This document shows positions 63,953-64,000 of a stretch of DNA of 64,000 nucleotides, one piece after another; position 1 is the first letter of the stretch; the number at the start of each line of letters is the position of its first letter. The DNA lies in the NCBI GenBank assembly GCA_022769485.1, contig JALEJU010000032.1, positions 16,440-80,439 of the forward strand, read 5' to 3'. The notes beneath the pieces were generated by a model. It had not been told where the DNA came from. It did not search any database and worked only from the letters and a program-made list of their open reading frames with translations. The translations under genes were made by a program, and so were the position numbers. This DNA is from Bacillota bacterium. Its GTDB lineage: Bacteria; Bacillota; Clostridia; Peptostreptococcales; Anaerovoracaceae.

Positions 63953-64000
63953 TGAAACGAAAAAGAGCAAGTAAGGCGCTGAGTCTGCTGCTGACGCTGT
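63953..64000 (+). CDS. 5' end of a secreted or membrane protein gene running off the window
   Basis: AAGGAGGA lies 6 nt before ATG 63953. MKRKRASKALSLLLTL looks like a signal peptide. Confidence 0.4.

Noticed and set aside
63234-63970. Minus-strand ORFs of 227, 159 and 87 codons in the high-GC segment
   Set aside because: High GC suppresses stop codons in all frames. Their translations are Pro/Arg/Ala-rich with no motifs, and they are antisense to the receiver-domain genes.
1-64000. CRISPR arrays, rRNA genes, and intact transposase, integrase or phage genes
   Set aside because: I saw no regularly spaced direct repeats, no rRNA-like sequence, and no ORF with transposase, recombinase or capsid motifs. 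The only trace of a mobile element is the NlpC/P60-like fragment at 60.7-60.95 kb.

Overview
The window looks like chromosomal DNA from a spore-forming, anaerobic Firmicute of the class Clostridia. The evidence is spoIVA, a CIRCE operator, T-box and preQ1 leaders, hydG, SLH-domain proteins and ferredoxin-dependent oxidoreductases. By eye the GC content is about 50%. I count roughly 60 credible CDSs and one tRNA. Most of the window is tightly packed core metabolism: tmcAL-ackA, rpmF, metF/metH, a GntR-ABC operon, sppA-der-plsY-gpsA-miaB-spoIVA, cls, trxA, clpB, metY-metA and queT. All calls rest on my own recognition of motifs in the ORF translations and on manual inspection of intergenic DNA; no searches were run.

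The most interesting region is 37.9-49.3 kb. It is a divergent locus with two arms.
- Minus strand: a consensus-like promoter, then an unannotated 50-codon ORF that is nearly half Leu/Ile/Val, then an intrinsic terminator. These precede an eight-gene operon: a P-loop NTPase, a four-subunit 2-oxoacid:ferredoxin oxidoreductase, a branched-chain aminotransferase, an isopropylmalate-synthase paralog that has lost its metal ligands, and a TIM-barrel/acyl-CoA-synthetase fusion.
- Plus strand: a T-box leader with an atypical specifier loop controls an HTH-cupin-acyl-CoA-synthetase fusion.

I interpret the locus as a candidate amino-acid-starvation-controlled route from short-chain carboxylic acids to amino acids by reductive carboxylation. 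This is inference only.

Other points worth a second look:
- a four-gene cell-wall cassette encoding a PLP racemase, a D-aspartate-ligase-like ATP-grasp enzyme, an aspartate racemase and a MurE-like ligase without the DNPR motif
- a roughly 210-nt palindrome-rich leader containing a cloverleaf-like pseudo-tRNA, co-transcribed with tRNA-Ser(CGA) from a consensus promoter
- a promoter-plus-terminator unit upstream of an orphan hydG
- a low-GC islet with two translationally coupled small ORFs
- a degraded mobile-element remnant followed by a high-GC two-component module next to the tRNA

No CRISPR array, rRNA or intact transposase or integrase was seen.
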